Shown: positions 19,236 to 29,652, counted from the stretch's first letter. The stretch is 64,000 nucleotides of DNA from an uncultured Candidatus Saccharibacteria bacterium (GCA_964365955.1 CAYISA010000001.1:18607-82606), one strand, 5' to 3'. Made by a program: numbers and translations. Notes: generated by a model from the sequence alone, not told the origin.

Positions 19236-20459
19236 ATGGCACGCTTTTCTTACGTCGCTCAAAATTCTGAAAATGAAATTAGCAAGGGAGTGATTGAGGC
19301 TCCCACGCACAGTGAAGCTGTACGTGTTTTGGTACGCAAGGGCCTTTCCCCTATTAAACTGGAGGTGTTTAAGGACGCGGGTGAAAAAAATAAAACGCTC
19401 CCCATTACTATTTCATTCCGGAAAAATCTGACGCTCTTTGACCAAATCAATATCCTGCGCCACCTAGGAACAATCCTGAACACCGGCACTGATCTTCTCT
19501 CGGGTCTCGATATCATCGCGAAAGACGCTATCAACCCATTGGTACAGAAAATACTTTACGATGTAAAAGAGCGCGTGGGACGCGGTGAGCGTTTTTCTGA
19601 CGCGATCGAAAAATGGAAGAGCCAGTTCAGCCCCATTTTTGTAAGTCTTGTACGCGCCGGAGAATCATCTGGAACGCTTCCAAAAACGCTGATTAGCTAC
19701 GCGCAAGAACTCCGAAAAGACTATTCGTTTTTCAGAAAACTTCGGAGCGCGGTAACTTATCCGGTTATTCTGGTGGTCGCGGTTGTTGCAATGATTCTTA
19801 TTCTTATCTCTATTGTTGTGCCGCGTTTAAAACAGCTTTTTTCCACTACGCGCGCCGCACCTCCCTTTTATACGAAATTTTTTATCGCTGTATCGGATTT
19901 TTGGCTCGCTCATCTATGGACGATCCTGGGAATTTTGGCAATTTGCGCGGTCGCGTTGATGATTGCGTTTCGTAAAAAAACGCTTCGTGAGAAATTAATG
20001 GAAATTCTTTGGTATTTCCCGGTCCTAAAAAAAATAAACAGGAATCTTATTCTTTCCCGATTCACTAAAACGATTGCGAACCTGATTGATGCGGGATTTT
20101 CTCTAAAAGAAGCTCTCCACACAACCGAAGAAGTAGTGGGACCGAAACACAGAAAAGCGCTCAAAGAAATTGCGGAAGCAAAACTAGCAAAAGGTGTGGA
20201 ATTTTCTGAGGCACTAAAATCCTACGAAGATCTTTTTCCGCGTATTTTAGTGAGCGTGATAGCAACCGGCGAAAAAAGTGGACAGCTTTCTTCCGTGCTT
20301 CTCCAGATGGGCGAGTTCTATGAGGAAGAAGTTTTGTATTCATTAGAACTCTTCTTGACGCTCATTGAACCATTGCTTCTTGTCTTTGTGGGTCTGGTTG
20401 TGGGGCTAATGGCTGCATCTATTATTTCTCCGATTTACAGCTTAATCGGCCACTTCTAA
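19236..20459 (+). CDS. pilC: type IV pilus platform protein PilC/GspF (copy 1)
   Basis: Two GspF repeats, 3 TM helices, 407 aa, immediately downstream of pilB. Confidence 0.85.
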   Translation: MARFSYVAQNSENEISKGVIEAPTHSEAVRVLVRKGLSPIKLEVFKDAGEKNKTLPITISFRKNLTLFDQINILRHLGTILNTGTDLLSGLDIIAKDAINPLVQKILYDVKERVGRGERFSDAIEKWKSQFSPIFVSLVRAGESSGTLPKTLISYAQELRKDYSFFRKLRSAVTYPVILVVAVVAMILILISIVVPRLKQLFSTTRAAPPFYTKFFIAVSDFWLAHLWTILGILAICAVALMIAFRKKTLREKLMEILWYFPVLKKINRNLILSRFTKTIANLIDAGFSLKEALHTTEEVVGPKHRKALKEIAEAKLAKGVEFSEALKSYEDLFPRILVSVIATGEKSGQLSSVLLQMGEFYEEEVLYSLELFLTLIEPLLLVFVGLVVGLMAASIISPIYSLIGHF

Positions 20460-20461
20460 CG

Positions 20462-20932
20462 TTACTCCACTGAAACTTTCCCTTCTGCCGAGACGGAAAC
20501 GGTTTTTGTTTTAGAGGCATCCGTGGCAAGTTTAAACTGCACCGATGTGCCGGTTGCAATCGTTCCGCTCAATTTTGTAAATAGGATCTCCGTGCTGCTC
20601 CCCTGCGAGAGCGTCGCGTAACGCACCAACGTTCCAAGATTAAAAACGGTGCTTGATGCACTTACATAAGTGGATCCTGGGAAAATCGCATAAAAAGGTG
20701 TTGTAGTGGCATTCTCAAAATGAACACCCCAAGCCAAACCGTCGACGCCAGCAAAGGCGCGACCGCGTGCTTCTCGCACTCTGGTTGCCACTCCCTGCGC
20801 TTCCGACTCAAGAGAACCGATTTCCTGATTTTTGAACATCAGAAGAGCAGCACTCCCCGCAATGCCGAGAAACAGCACAACAATAATAAGCTCGATGAGC
20901 GAAAAACCCGCTTTCTGATTGCGCGTGTGCAT
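20462..20932 (-). CDS. pseudopilin (GspH/FimT-like)
   Basis: QKAGFSLIELIIVVLFLGIAG class III signal. Start taken at MHTRNQ (20932); the track ORF extends to 21055 with an unlikely extension. Confidence 0.7.
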   Translation of the reverse strand: MHTRNQKAGFSLIELIIVVLFLGIAGSAALLMFKNQEIGSLESEAQGVATRVREARGRAFAGVDGLAWGVHFENATTTPFYAIFPGSTYVSASSTVFNLGTLVRYATLSQGSSTEILFTKLSGTIATGTSVQFKLATDASKTKTVSVSAEGKVSVE

Positions 20933-21136
20933 ATTAATCCTGAACTTTTTCAATTTGGAAGGCGGGGAGCTGATGTGCGGGCGCTTTCGGCACCCGAAAC
21001 GCCATGAGTCCCTCCCGCACGACAAACTGCACAAGGAACGCCGCACATACCACAAGAATAATCACGTACACAAGTGCCGCGGCTCCTAAATAAGATTCGA
21101 AATTTTTTGATTTATAAAAACGTTGCAACATAACCA

Positions 21137-21724
21137 TTATTCTCCCCGCGTAAAGATAGTACCTGAAAATGCCATCCGAAAATTTCCTCCCGATGGGGCA
21201 AACGACCATTGCCGAATCTGGATCGTGGTCTCCAATCCTTCCACCGCAATAAGAAAATTACTAAGCGCAGTGATGTTTCCTTCCGCTTTGGCGGAAAATT
21301 CGAATCCCCCACCTCCGGGGACAACCCCCGGGAGTTCAACACCCAGAGAAATTTCAAGCGGAAACCCGTACTGGAGCGCCAACGCCCGCACTAAAGGAAA
21401 AATCTTCGTGGGCACGTCAATGGAAAGAGGGAGGGATTTTTCGAGCTCGCCGCGCAGAGCGTTCGCAATCGGACGTTTTTTATTCAACTCCGCAATCTCG
21501 TCGAATTGTTCTAAAACGCGGGCGAATTCACCTTTCGCATTATCCGCCTGTGCCACTTCTTTTTTGATCAGCAAAGAAAGCACAACAAGCGCGACCGCAG
21601 AGAGCGTCAGAATCATTCCGAAGATCACCAGCGTAAATCCAACGCCTTGTCCGAATTTTTGTGTTCCTGGCTGTTCCGGCTTCGGTATGGTTTCTGTTTT
21701 TTTTATATTTTTTTCGTTTTCCAT
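21137..21724 (-). CDS. PilO-like pilus assembly protein
   Basis: Single N-terminal TM (FTLVIFGMILTLSAVALVVLSLLI), then a coiled-coil and a C-terminal domain. Directly downstream of the pilM-pilN fusion. Confidence 0.55.
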   Translation of the reverse strand: MENEKNIKKTETIPKPEQPGTQKFGQGVGFTLVIFGMILTLSAVALVVLSLLIKKEVAQADNAKGEFARVLEQFDEIAELNKKRPIANALRGELEKSLPLSIDVPTKIFPLVRALALQYGFPLEISLGVELPGVVPGGGGFEFSAKAEGNITALSNFLIAVEGLETTIQIRQWSFAPSGGNFRMAFSGTIFTRGE

Positions 21725-21730
21725 AGGCGA

Positions 21731-23206
21731 TTAAAGGCGTAATAATGCATTAAGAGTAAGGTTTTTTTCGGGTGCCAAGTCTGTGAGCGGGATAGAGACC
21801 TCCGTGACAATCTTTTGTGATTCCATGCGCCGCTTGAACTCCAAGATAGAATCGCGCGAAGCGGCGGTAAACACGCCTGCGATACCCTCATTCGCGGAAG
21901 AAAGACTGGTTATTCCCACTCCCGTTTCGGCGGCAATCTTAGCAATCGCTCCGATCCGCTTCCCCGCGACGGTCTGAAGATTTTTTGCTGCTCGAAACGC
22001 ATCCACTAGCGCGTTAAATTTTTGCGCCTCATCGATCACTGGTTGGGACTGTGGAACCAATCGTTCAAAAATAGCACTTTGATTTCGAATATCGCGATTT
22101 AATGTGGCATTTTGATATTTTAAAAACGCAAACATGCCCGCAAATGCCAGCAAAAAGGAAAATGTATAGACAAAGAGAATTTTTATCCAGAGATTCAGCG
22201 TACGCAGAGAAAGGTTTTCCTGATATCGCCCTCCGAACTCCGACGGAATGAGATTAATCGAAATGTCCGCCGCCGCATAAGGCCGGAATGCGGCGCCATG
22301 GGCGATTAAAAGACGAGGATCGGAATACGCGGGCCGCGAATCCGGAAGAAACGGTTGTGTCGGAATACCGGTAATGGTACGAATAGAAGAGATAACACCC
22401 TCGCGGTTCACGCGGTCAAAAACAAAAATGCGCTCGATAGAAAATTTCAGGTTCGACTCAACAAAACTGGTGAGCTGGCGAATTTTTCCTTCCAACACTT
22501 TAGTGGCTTCTTCTTCGCCCGCGACCGGATGCAAAAAATGTGCCACAACCACACCCTTAAAAAACACAGCGAACTCGATTCCGTCTTCGTCAATTAAGGC
22601 GAAAATAAACGATGGCACACTTGCCTGATCCACAAACTTCGCAAGACTCAAAATGTGGAACTCTATTGCCCCCACTCTCCATCGCTCACCGGAAGTAATC
22701 TGTAGGTAATTCCGGATGGTTTTCTTGTTCACCGCTACGATAAAAACAATATGTTCCTCTTTCTCCGGAATATAAGTTGATGTCCAATCGATATGGGCGT
22801 CTTCGATCGGCCACGGAAGAGAAGCTTCGGCTTTTAGCATGACGGCATTTTTAAGTTCTTCCGCATCCATTTCCGGGAACACTACCGTTTCGGTGTACAT
22901 CTTGTGGGAAGGAATCGAAAGAACGAATACCGGCTCCACGGTAAATTTAAAATGTCGGGCGGGAACGGTTCCTAAGAGCGCTTTAATACCCGTCCGTACC
23001 GGAACAGGGTCCGAAATTTCTCCGTGCTCGATGGATGCCTCCGGGACGTCGTAGATACCCGAAGAGAGGACGGAAATTTTATCGCCGTGCCGAAGCGTTG
23101 CAACACCCGCAATGTGCTTGTCCTGAATATCCAACCCCACCAACACAAATTTGGGAAACACCAACCGTGAAATTTTTCTTAGTATTTTTTCAAGCGCTTC
23201 TTTCAT
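21731..23206 (-). CDS. PilM-PilN fusion protein
   Basis: N-terminal actin-like ATPase fold (VGLDIQDKHIAGV...) of ~330 aa, then a TM helix (LWIKILFVYTFSFLLAFAGMFAFL) and a PilN-like periplasmic tail. 491 aa. Confidence 0.7.
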   Translation of the reverse strand: MKEALEKILRKISRLVFPKFVLVGLDIQDKHIAGVATLRHGDKISVLSSGIYDVPEASIEHGEISDPVPVRTGIKALLGTVPARHFKFTVEPVFVLSIPSHKMYTETVVFPEMDAEELKNAVMLKAEASLPWPIEDAHIDWTSTYIPEKEEHIVFIVAVNKKTIRNYLQITSGERWRVGAIEFHILSLAKFVDQASVPSFIFALIDEDGIEFAVFFKGVVVAHFLHPVAGEEEATKVLEGKIRQLTSFVESNLKFSIERIFVFDRVNREGVISSIRTITGIPTQPFLPDSRPAYSDPRLLIAHGAAFRPYAAADISINLIPSEFGGRYQENLSLRTLNLWIKILFVYTFSFLLAFAGMFAFLKYQNATLNRDIRNQSAIFERLVPQSQPVIDEAQKFNALVDAFRAAKNLQTVAGKRIGAIAKIAAETGVGITSLSSANEGIAGVFTAASRDSILEFKRRMESQKIVTEVSIPLTDLAPEKNLTLNALLRL

Positions 23207-23208
23207 GT

Positions 23209-23601
23209 CTACTGGTTGTTTTTTGAAATAGTTGTGATGACCCCATTGCTATCGATTGTTATGGACGCACGCAACGAACGTTTAATCGTCCCCAAGGGTT
23301 TCGCTACGGTAGAGGTTGCCACCACAACAACCGGGTTTCCCTGCGTTACCGAGATATCGGTCGTGGAACCGTCCGACTCTGTAAGCGTATAACTTCCAGC
23401 GTAATCTTTATTACGCGCGAGCTTCAGTGTTGCGTCTTGTATACCCGTTTCCGCAAGCGCCTGTGCTACTTCTGCCGTTCGTTCTGAAAATCCTGTAAAT
23501 ACCGAGGTGCCGCTTTGGATGCCCATTAAGATGCTTACGCTCAAAAGAAAAAGCGTGATAACAAGAACGGTGGCAAGCGATACGATGCCGCGATTCTTCA
23601 T
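23209..23601 (-). CDS. pilus-associated minor pilin-like protein (PilX/GspK-like, tentative)
   Basis: N-terminal hydrophobic anchor GIVSLATVLVITLFLLSVSILMGI, small Thr-rich body. Start overlaps the stop of the upstream pseudopilin by 4 nt. Confidence 0.45.
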   Translation of the reverse strand: MKNRGIVSLATVLVITLFLLSVSILMGIQSGTSVFTGFSERTAEVAQALAETGIQDATLKLARNKDYAGSYTLTESDGSTTDISVTQGNPVVVVATSTVAKPLGTIKRSLRASITIDSNGVITTISKNNQ

Positions 23602-24095
23602 AGGGAAAGCGCTGCTGTCTCCAATGTGTAGAGCGATTTTGTATCAGCGGCGCTCCCTTCATTATACCCTCCCGTGATGCGGATTTGAACGGATGAGGTC
23701 GCAGTTCCTTGGGAACTGGTGTTGTTAAGTTTTGTAAAAGAAAGTGCGGTTACATAAATTGTGGAAGGAGTGACGGCGACAGCTGTACCGGTCCCTTCCT
23801 GCATCATCAGAGCTCCGCTTGCAAGCGAAAACACCGTGGGATTTTTGGTACTGTCGGACATCTTAAGATTCAGCGTCGTCGAGGCACCGTTGATATCCGT
23901 CGCCGTATAAACCTTATCAACCATCTGTTGTAATGCCTGCTGCACTCCGCTTTGCGCTTCCGTTAACCGATTGGTGGTGTCTTTGGTGCGAAGCGCAAAA
24001 TCGAACACGGTGGCGCCGAGGGTCGCGACAATCGCAAAGATGACGATATAAATCATCATTTCAATCAGCGTAAATCCCGATCGCTTATTTTGCAT
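23598..24095 (-). CDS. pseudopilin (PilW/GspJ-like)
   Basis: KRSGFTLIEMMIYIVIFAIVATLG class III signal. 165 aa. Confidence 0.75.
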   Translation of the reverse strand: MQNKRSGFTLIEMMIYIVIFAIVATLGATVFDFALRTKDTTNRLTEAQSGVQQALQQMVDKVYTATDINGASTTLNLKMSDSTKNPTVFSLASGALMMQEGTGTAVAVTPSTIYVTALSFTKLNNTSSQGTATSSVQIRITGGYNEGSAADTKSLYTLETAALSL

Positions 24096-27000
24096 AATTT
24101 AAAATAATATCCGTGACCGTGGGTGTTGTGGAACTGCTTGTGGTCTCTAAAAACACCTTGTACCGAATATACCGCTTGTTCTGCTGACACACTGCTTTTA
24201 GTTCCACCGCGGTGTTGGGTTCGCTGGTGCCGGTCGGCGGATAATAGGAATTCGAATCGCAGGCGACGGATGGGTTATTCGAACCTGATCCATTCCATGC
24301 GGTATAGGTCCACGGACTCGATGTGGTATCCGACCCCGCAAACTGGAATTTTACCGTTGTGTTGGTTGGGCGCGTCCCCTGCCAGGTAATGGAGTTCGGC
24401 GCCGTGCCGCTTGCCACCGCCGTATCGTAAATAACGGAGGTGAGTGATGAAGAAGTGGCGTACCCCTGCGAAACCGTTAATGTCGTCACGCTTGCCGCGG
24501 TGCTGGTGGGACCATTTCCGTAACTATTCACTCCCATCACTTTATACCAGTAGGTTGTGCTTTGGGTAAGCCCCGTATCGGTGGAAGATGTAATCGTGGT
24601 CGAGGCCACTAGAACATAGATTCCTCCGGAGCTTGTTGAACGGAAAAGATTGTACGAAGTCGTGCTGGATGCCGCGGTCCAGTTTACCACCACGGAAACG
24701 CCCGTTACATACGGAAATGTTGGCGTTCCCGGAGTTCCCGGAAGCGGCCAGATCCAACAACTATTCCCTCCGCTATCCAAAGAATCATCTGTCACGGAGA
24801 TACTTCCGCTTCCGCACGCGTCTGAATCTTTAACGTCCGTCGACGAAACAATTTTGGCGCCCGCAACCGTTAACAACCACGGTGATCCCGCAGAAGAACT
24901 CCTTACCCCAACCCGCGATGTGGTCGCCTGTCCGTTCCAATTTAAGCTATTAAAAGTGTACGTACTACCCGCGTTGAAACGCACGGTGGTAGATGCGGTC
25001 ACAATCGTGGATGTCGCAACGGTCGTTGCGTCAGCCGTCAAGCGGATTGCCGGAGCCGCAAGTGTTCCGGAATTGTTCGAAAATGCAAGATGATTGAACG
25101 CGGAAGTTCCTACCTCCATCGGTCCCATGCTCCCTGTAAGCGTTTGTGCGGACGTTCCGTTGAATGTCACCTGCCCGCTATTGTGCGTAAAGGTGCCATT
25201 ATTCGTGTAATTACCTCCTATTGAAATAGTCCTGACAGCGTTCGCCTTGAATGTGGAACTTGTGGCGATAAGCATCGCGCCCGTCACACTGATCGTTGTA
25301 TTATTCGGACTTGCGTCTACTACTCCCGTATGCGTTCCGTCTCCTGCCGTAAGTTGCCCCCCGACAATAAAAGTACCAGCCGCAAATTGATGCGCGGAAG
25401 TACTGCTCGGCATAACATCTAGATTGTAATAGGTAGCGACGGTAATCGTTGTGACAGCAGCGCCGTTATATTTTACCTTTCCTGTACCTGCGGAAAACGC
25501 CAAACTCACGGGCGATTCGTTGATCACAAAAGGTGTGCCGCTTGAAGCAAAGGTAATAGTGTAGCTCGATCCAGCAAGCGTATTAGTGCCGTTTGAAGAA
25601 TCATTGATAGTGAGAATGTTGTTGACCGTCGTGTCGCCGGAAAATGTATATGTGGTCGTGGCGGTCGACGTTCCGACCTGTAAATTGTAGTAGGGGTTTG
25701 CTGTAACCATCGTGCTTGTCGTTTGGCCTGCATATACAACCGTGCTCGTGCCCGCTTGGAACGTGATTGTGTCCGATACAACCATCGGCGTCCCCGTACC
25801 AGAAAATTGTATTGTGCGGCCGCGTGCGTAAATATCGGCGCTCGGATTCATCGTCCATACTTTTTTCACGACAAGATTTCCAGTCCCGCCGCTTCCAAGA
25901 TATAACCTACTCCCTGCTTCATGATTGCCTCCGCAACTGGCACACGTGGTAGTTAAATTATTGAACGTCCAATCATTCGAGCCGCTTGTGGTGCCGAGTG
26001 TTCCACCCGTGGTATAAAACGTTACCGTGTGATCTACATTGGTTAAATTCACCGTACCACAGGTAGCTCCACAGGTGATAGAACTGGTTGTGGCATTCCC
26101 TATTAATTGAATATTCGCGCTTCCGTTTGAATTATCCAGCGTCCCATTCGCGACCAGAAGCGAATCAATCACTGCGGTCGAAGTTGCAAAGCTCCATCCG
26201 CCCCCCGACCCGTTGAACACCACGGTTGGAAGACTTACTTGAAAGCCCGCCGCAAGCGCTCCCGCGTTGATCATGTGCCCTGTTGAGGTGGCACCAAACG
26301 TCACGGTGCCGGTGCTCGCGCCTCCCTGTCCGTTGTTCAAATAATCGCTATTGAACGCAAAGGTTCCTCCTCCCGCAAAGGTAGCGGTTCCGGTTGCCAC
26401 TGTAAAAAGATTATTGACGGTGGAAGGACTTTGAAGCGCGAATACTTCGCTTGCATTATTCAGCGTCAGTTTATAATAGGTGGTTGAAGCCACTAATGTA
26501 TTCCCCACAGTATAATTTCCGGTAAATTGTACGGTGGAGGTCACAGCATTAAAAGTTCCGGAGAGTAAAAATGGCGTGGCTACATTCCCGACATTCGAGA
26601 GCGTCCATGTCTTTCCGCCCGCCGAAAACGTATGCCCCGCAGAAACAGTAAGCACACCGCTCACTGTCATCGCGCCCGCGCCTGTTGATGTGGTCGTCTG
26701 CGAGGAACCGTTTACGGTAAGGCTGGAAAAAGTCCAGTTGGTTGCACCACCTAAACTTCCGGCGCCGCTGATCGTTGCTGTCCCCCCCGTAAGTGTGACA
26801 GTTCCTGCACCGGTGATATCGCCTCCATTCACGGTAAAATTTGAGGTCCCCGCAAGCGTTCCGGCCGTCACGGTAACATCATTTGAAACCGTTGCGGCAC
26901 CTCCCAGCGTGTACGTTGCGGTACCGTTGGTGTCCAAATTCCAATAGGTTGCGGCAGTGATCGTTGTTGCGGAAGATCCACGATAACTGAACGTAGAACT

Positions 27001-29652
27001 TCCGGGAGTTGACGTCGCTCCGGTCGGGGCAATCACAAACGGCGTTCCTGACCCCAATAAATAAATTGATCCCGTTCCGCCATTTAACGTATTGGTGCCG
27101 GTCGTGGAGCTTGCAACGGTTATCGTGTTTTGGATGGTAGAATATCCGCCGGTTCCAACTCGCAACGTATAGGTAGTACTTCCGGTAGATGTTCCTACAA
27201 AAAGATCCCAATAGGTTGCGGCACCGATATTCGTACTGGTAGTGATTCCGATGTAGCGGACGGTGCTGCTTGCCGCATTAAAGACTCCGGGGTTTGGAAT
27301 CTCTCCACCCGGATATCCCTGGACCACGAAGGGAGACCCCGTGCCGGTTACGGTAATCGTCTTCGTAGAAGTCGCACTTAACGTTGCGCTTCCGCCGCCT
27401 CCGCTTGTCATGGTGATACTCGTCGCTACGATATCGCTATTCAATTGAACCGTATAGGGAGTGGATCCGTTTGTATTAATACTGATAATCCCTAAATCTT
27501 GGAGCGCCGGATTGCTGTCTTGTAATGTTTTGGTACCGCCTGGACTTAAGGTGATCGTCCCGGTTCCTTTTGTGTAGGTGAGTTGGTTGGTTCCACAAAC
27601 ACTCGTACAATCTCCGACGATAAAATTCCCCTTCACCGTGATGCTCGGATTATACGATGATGCGTCTACAGTTGCCGCGGCATCACGAAATAATCTAAAA
27701 TCACCGTTCACTGTAATTGTCTGGCCCGTTGTTGTAGCTAAATAATAAATATTTGTACTCTGGGGTTTTAAAGACAAATTAAAATAACTTGTCGCGGGGA
27801 TATCCGTAGAACCATTTCCGCTAAAAGCAACGGTGCCTGTTGTTGATGGAAGAGCCCCATAGCTTGTGATCTGAAGGGGCGTACTAATAATTCTTCCAAT
27901 CCCCGAAATCGTAAGTGTATAAGGCCCGGGTGAAAATGTATCAGTCGCACTTGAACCGGAGTTCCCAATTGTGACTCGATTTGTAACCGTTGTATCGCCT
28001 CCCAAGGTATATGTAACCGCTGAAGCATCTGCGCTTACACCAACTTGGAGGCCGTAATAAGCATCCGAAACAGCGATTGTGGTGGCGGTTGTCGCTGTAT
28101 AACTGACAGTCCCTGTTCCTCCACTTAGTGTTCCCTTGCTTGTAATTACAAAAGGCGTCCCCGAACTCGAAAGTGTAAGCGTGGCAATACTTAAGGCAAG
28201 CGTATCGGAGTTTCCCGAACCGGCATTCCCAACCGTCACGACACCTGCGGCAGTTGCGTTCCCGCCTAACGTAAAAGTGACCGCCGACGAGTCAGCTGTC
28301 GTCCCAACTCCAAAATTATAGTACGCGACCGCGGCAAGCGTGACAGAAGACGTGGCGGTGTAGTTAATCGTACTGGTACCGATTGTGAACGTGCCCGAAA
28401 CACAAAATGGTATCACGGTGTTCAATGCGCCCGTGCACGTGGCGGATGTCCCCGGGCGATTGAGTGTTATAGTATTCCCGTCGGGGGTAAACGTTCCAAT
28501 GACATACAGGGCACCCACGTTCACCGCTCCGCCGGGTTGGAATGTTTTCCCAGAAGCCACAATCACTTTCGCGGATGTTGCATTCAACACCCCTCCTGAA
28601 ACCGTAAAGGGAATATCCGTATCACTCACACTGTCATACGTTCCGACATTCGCATTAGTGATAGGTCCGGAGTCCTCATGCCGCAAAATCACGCGCCCCC
28701 TATAGACATCAATTCCGCTTAAATTCGTTCCTGAATAACGCGTTACGGTCGCGCCCACCCGCGTGGCACTTCCGTTGTCCATATAGACAGTGATCACGGT
28801 GCTTGTCGAGGGCTGTGTCATAGTAACGGTGTAGGTTCCTGGTGCTCCCGCGCTTGTAGAAGACGCCACACTCCCCCCTACTACCACTTTAACCGTGGAA
28901 GATGTCGCTGTAACCCCTTCGTCTTGATAAATCGTACCCGCAATTGTGATCGAAATCGCCGGTGGCGTGTAGGTAATTGTTGCATACACTTTAGAGAGTT
29001 GGACGTAAATTGAGTTCGAGTAAGAGCCACCGTCTCCATCATCGCAGGTTCCGTCGTCCGGGATCGTAAGCCCCACCTCAAGCGTTGAGGTGGTTCCTTT
29101 TACATAACTAATGGAGTGCGACTGGGTACTTGATGTAAATGTATCCGTCATCGTGATCGCGCTTCCGAAATCTGTCGAGGCGCCGTCCAAAACCCGGACG
29201 GATTTTGCAGTCGGATAAACGCTAATGGTCGGAGCGCTTCCCCCCGCACAAACGGAGTACTCATCAATTGCCGCATTTGCCGAAAACGTAATATCGATCG
29301 CGGTAATTGTGGAACCGACCGGAATATTGGTCCAGTCCGTTGTTGATGTAGAGAGTTTAAATGTCTGCCGCGTATTAATGATCTTACTAAAAACCGTAGT
29401 CGTATCATTGTTGTCGTTCACTTTTATATAGCAAACATTCGCGCTGCAATCCTTCAGTGGGAGTATCTGGTATGCCCACGATGCCGAGTCGTTGGTACCA
29501 TCCGCTACAGGATGGATCGCACCCGTTGTTGTTCCGTGCGCAATATACGGAATACCGCCCAAAAAAAGAAAAATGGCGGCGACAAAAAAAAATGTTCTCC
29601 GCGTTGAAGTTGCAAGCATTTTAAAGATTATAGCACACTTTTTATCCTTCAT
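24085..29652 (-). CDS. giant surface protein (1855 aa) encoded in the pilus operon; putative pilus-associated adhesin with FN3-like domain and conserved C-terminal module
   Basis: N-terminal signal/TM (FFFVAAIFLFLGGIPYIAHG). Extreme Thr/Ser/Gly content. FN3-like segment (PGTPGTPTFPYVTGVSVVVNWTAAS...YWYKVMGVNSYGNGP). C-terminus NKRYIRYKVFLETTSSSTTPTVTDIILNYAK is homologous to the C-terminus of CDS 9116..10117. The gene start overlaps the stop of pseudopilin 23598..24095 by 11 nt (24085-24095). Confidence 0.75.
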   Translation of the reverse strand: MKDKKCAIIFKMLATSTRRTFFFVAAIFLFLGGIPYIAHGTTTGAIHPVADGTNDSASWAYQILPLKDCSANVCYIKVNDNNDTTTVFSKIINTRQTFKLSTSTTDWTNIPVGSTITAIDITFSANAAIDEYSVCAGGSAPTISVYPTAKSVRVLDGASTDFGSAITMTDTFTSSTQSHSISYVKGTTSTLEVGLTIPDDGTCDDGDGGSYSNSIYVQLSKVYATITYTPPAISITIAGTIYQDEGVTATSSTVKVVVGGSVASSTSAGAPGTYTVTMTQPSTSTVITVYMDNGSATRVGATVTRYSGTNLSGIDVYRGRVILRHEDSGPITNANVGTYDSVSDTDIPFTVSGGVLNATSAKVIVASGKTFQPGGAVNVGALYVIGTFTPDGNTITLNRPGTSATCTGALNTVIPFCVSGTFTIGTSTINYTATSSVTLAAVAYYNFGVGTTADSSAVTFTLGGNATAAGVVTVGNAGSGNSDTLALSIATLTLSSSGTPFVITSKGTLSGGTGTVSYTATTATTIAVSDAYYGLQVGVSADASAVTYTLGGDTTVTNRVTIGNSGSSATDTFSPGPYTLTISGIGRIISTPLQITSYGALPSTTGTVAFSGNGSTDIPATSYFNLSLKPQSTNIYYLATTTGQTITVNGDFRLFRDAAATVDASSYNPSITVKGNFIVGDCTSVCGTNQLTYTKGTGTITLSPGGTKTLQDSNPALQDLGIISINTNGSTPYTVQLNSDIVATSITMTSGGGGSATLSATSTKTITVTGTGSPFVVQGYPGGEIPNPGVFNAASSTVRYIGITTSTNIGAATYWDLFVGTSTGSTTYTLRVGTGGYSTIQNTITVASSTTGTNTLNGGTGSIYLLGSGTPFVIAPTGATSTPGSSTFSYRGSSATTITAATYWNLDTNGTATYTLGGAATVSNDVTVTAGTLAGTSNFTVNGGDITGAGTVTLTGGTATISGAGSLGGATNWTFSSLTVNGSSQTTTSTGAGAMTVSGVLTVSAGHTFSAGGKTWTLSNVGNVATPFLLSGTFNAVTSTVQFTGNYTVGNTLVASTTYYKLTLNNASEVFALQSPSTVNNLFTVATGTATFAGGGTFAFNSDYLNNGQGGASTGTVTFGATSTGHMINAGALAAGFQVSLPTVVFNGSGGGWSFATSTAVIDSLLVANGTLDNSNGSANIQLIGNATTSSITCGATCGTVNLTNVDHTVTFYTTGGTLGTTSGSNDWTFNNLTTTCASCGGNHEAGSRLYLGSGGTGNLVVKKVWTMNPSADIYARGRTIQFSGTGTPMVVSDTITFQAGTSTVVYAGQTTSTMVTANPYYNLQVGTSTATTTYTFSGDTTVNNILTINDSSNGTNTLAGSSYTITFASSGTPFVINESPVSLAFSAGTGKVKYNGAAVTTITVATYYNLDVMPSSTSAHQFAAGTFIVGGQLTAGDGTHTGVVDASPNNTTISVTGAMLIATSSTFKANAVRTISIGGNYTNNGTFTHNSGQVTFNGTSAQTLTGSMGPMEVGTSAFNHLAFSNNSGTLAAPAIRLTADATTVATSTIVTASTTVRFNAGSTYTFNSLNWNGQATTSRVGVRSSSAGSPWLLTVAGAKIVSSTDVKDSDACGSGSISVTDDSLDSGGNSCWIWPLPGTPGTPTFPYVTGVSVVVNWTAASSTTSYNLFRSTSSGGIYVLVASTTITSSTDTGLTQSTTYWYKVMGVNSYGNGPTSTAASVTTLTVSQGYATSSSLTSVIYDTAVASGTAPNSITWQGTRPTNTTVKFQFAGSDTTSSPWTYTAWNGSGSNNPSVACDSNSYYPPTGTSEPNTAVELKAVCQQNKRYIRYKVFLETTSSSTTPTVTDIILNYAK

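Noticed and set aside
24123-29431. Numerous 60-150-aa plus-strand ORFs inside the giant minus-strand gene (and similarly inside 4765..8553)
   Set aside because: They are antisense to long, well-supported CDS with signal peptides and conserved termini, and are typical of GC-biased repeat genes. No independent support.
16774-29652. Reading the two pilus clusters as a type II secretion system
   Set aside because: PilT is present in cluster 2, PilM/N/O sets are present in both clusters, and there is no GspC/GspL/GspD. Type IV pilus / competence pilus is the better fit.
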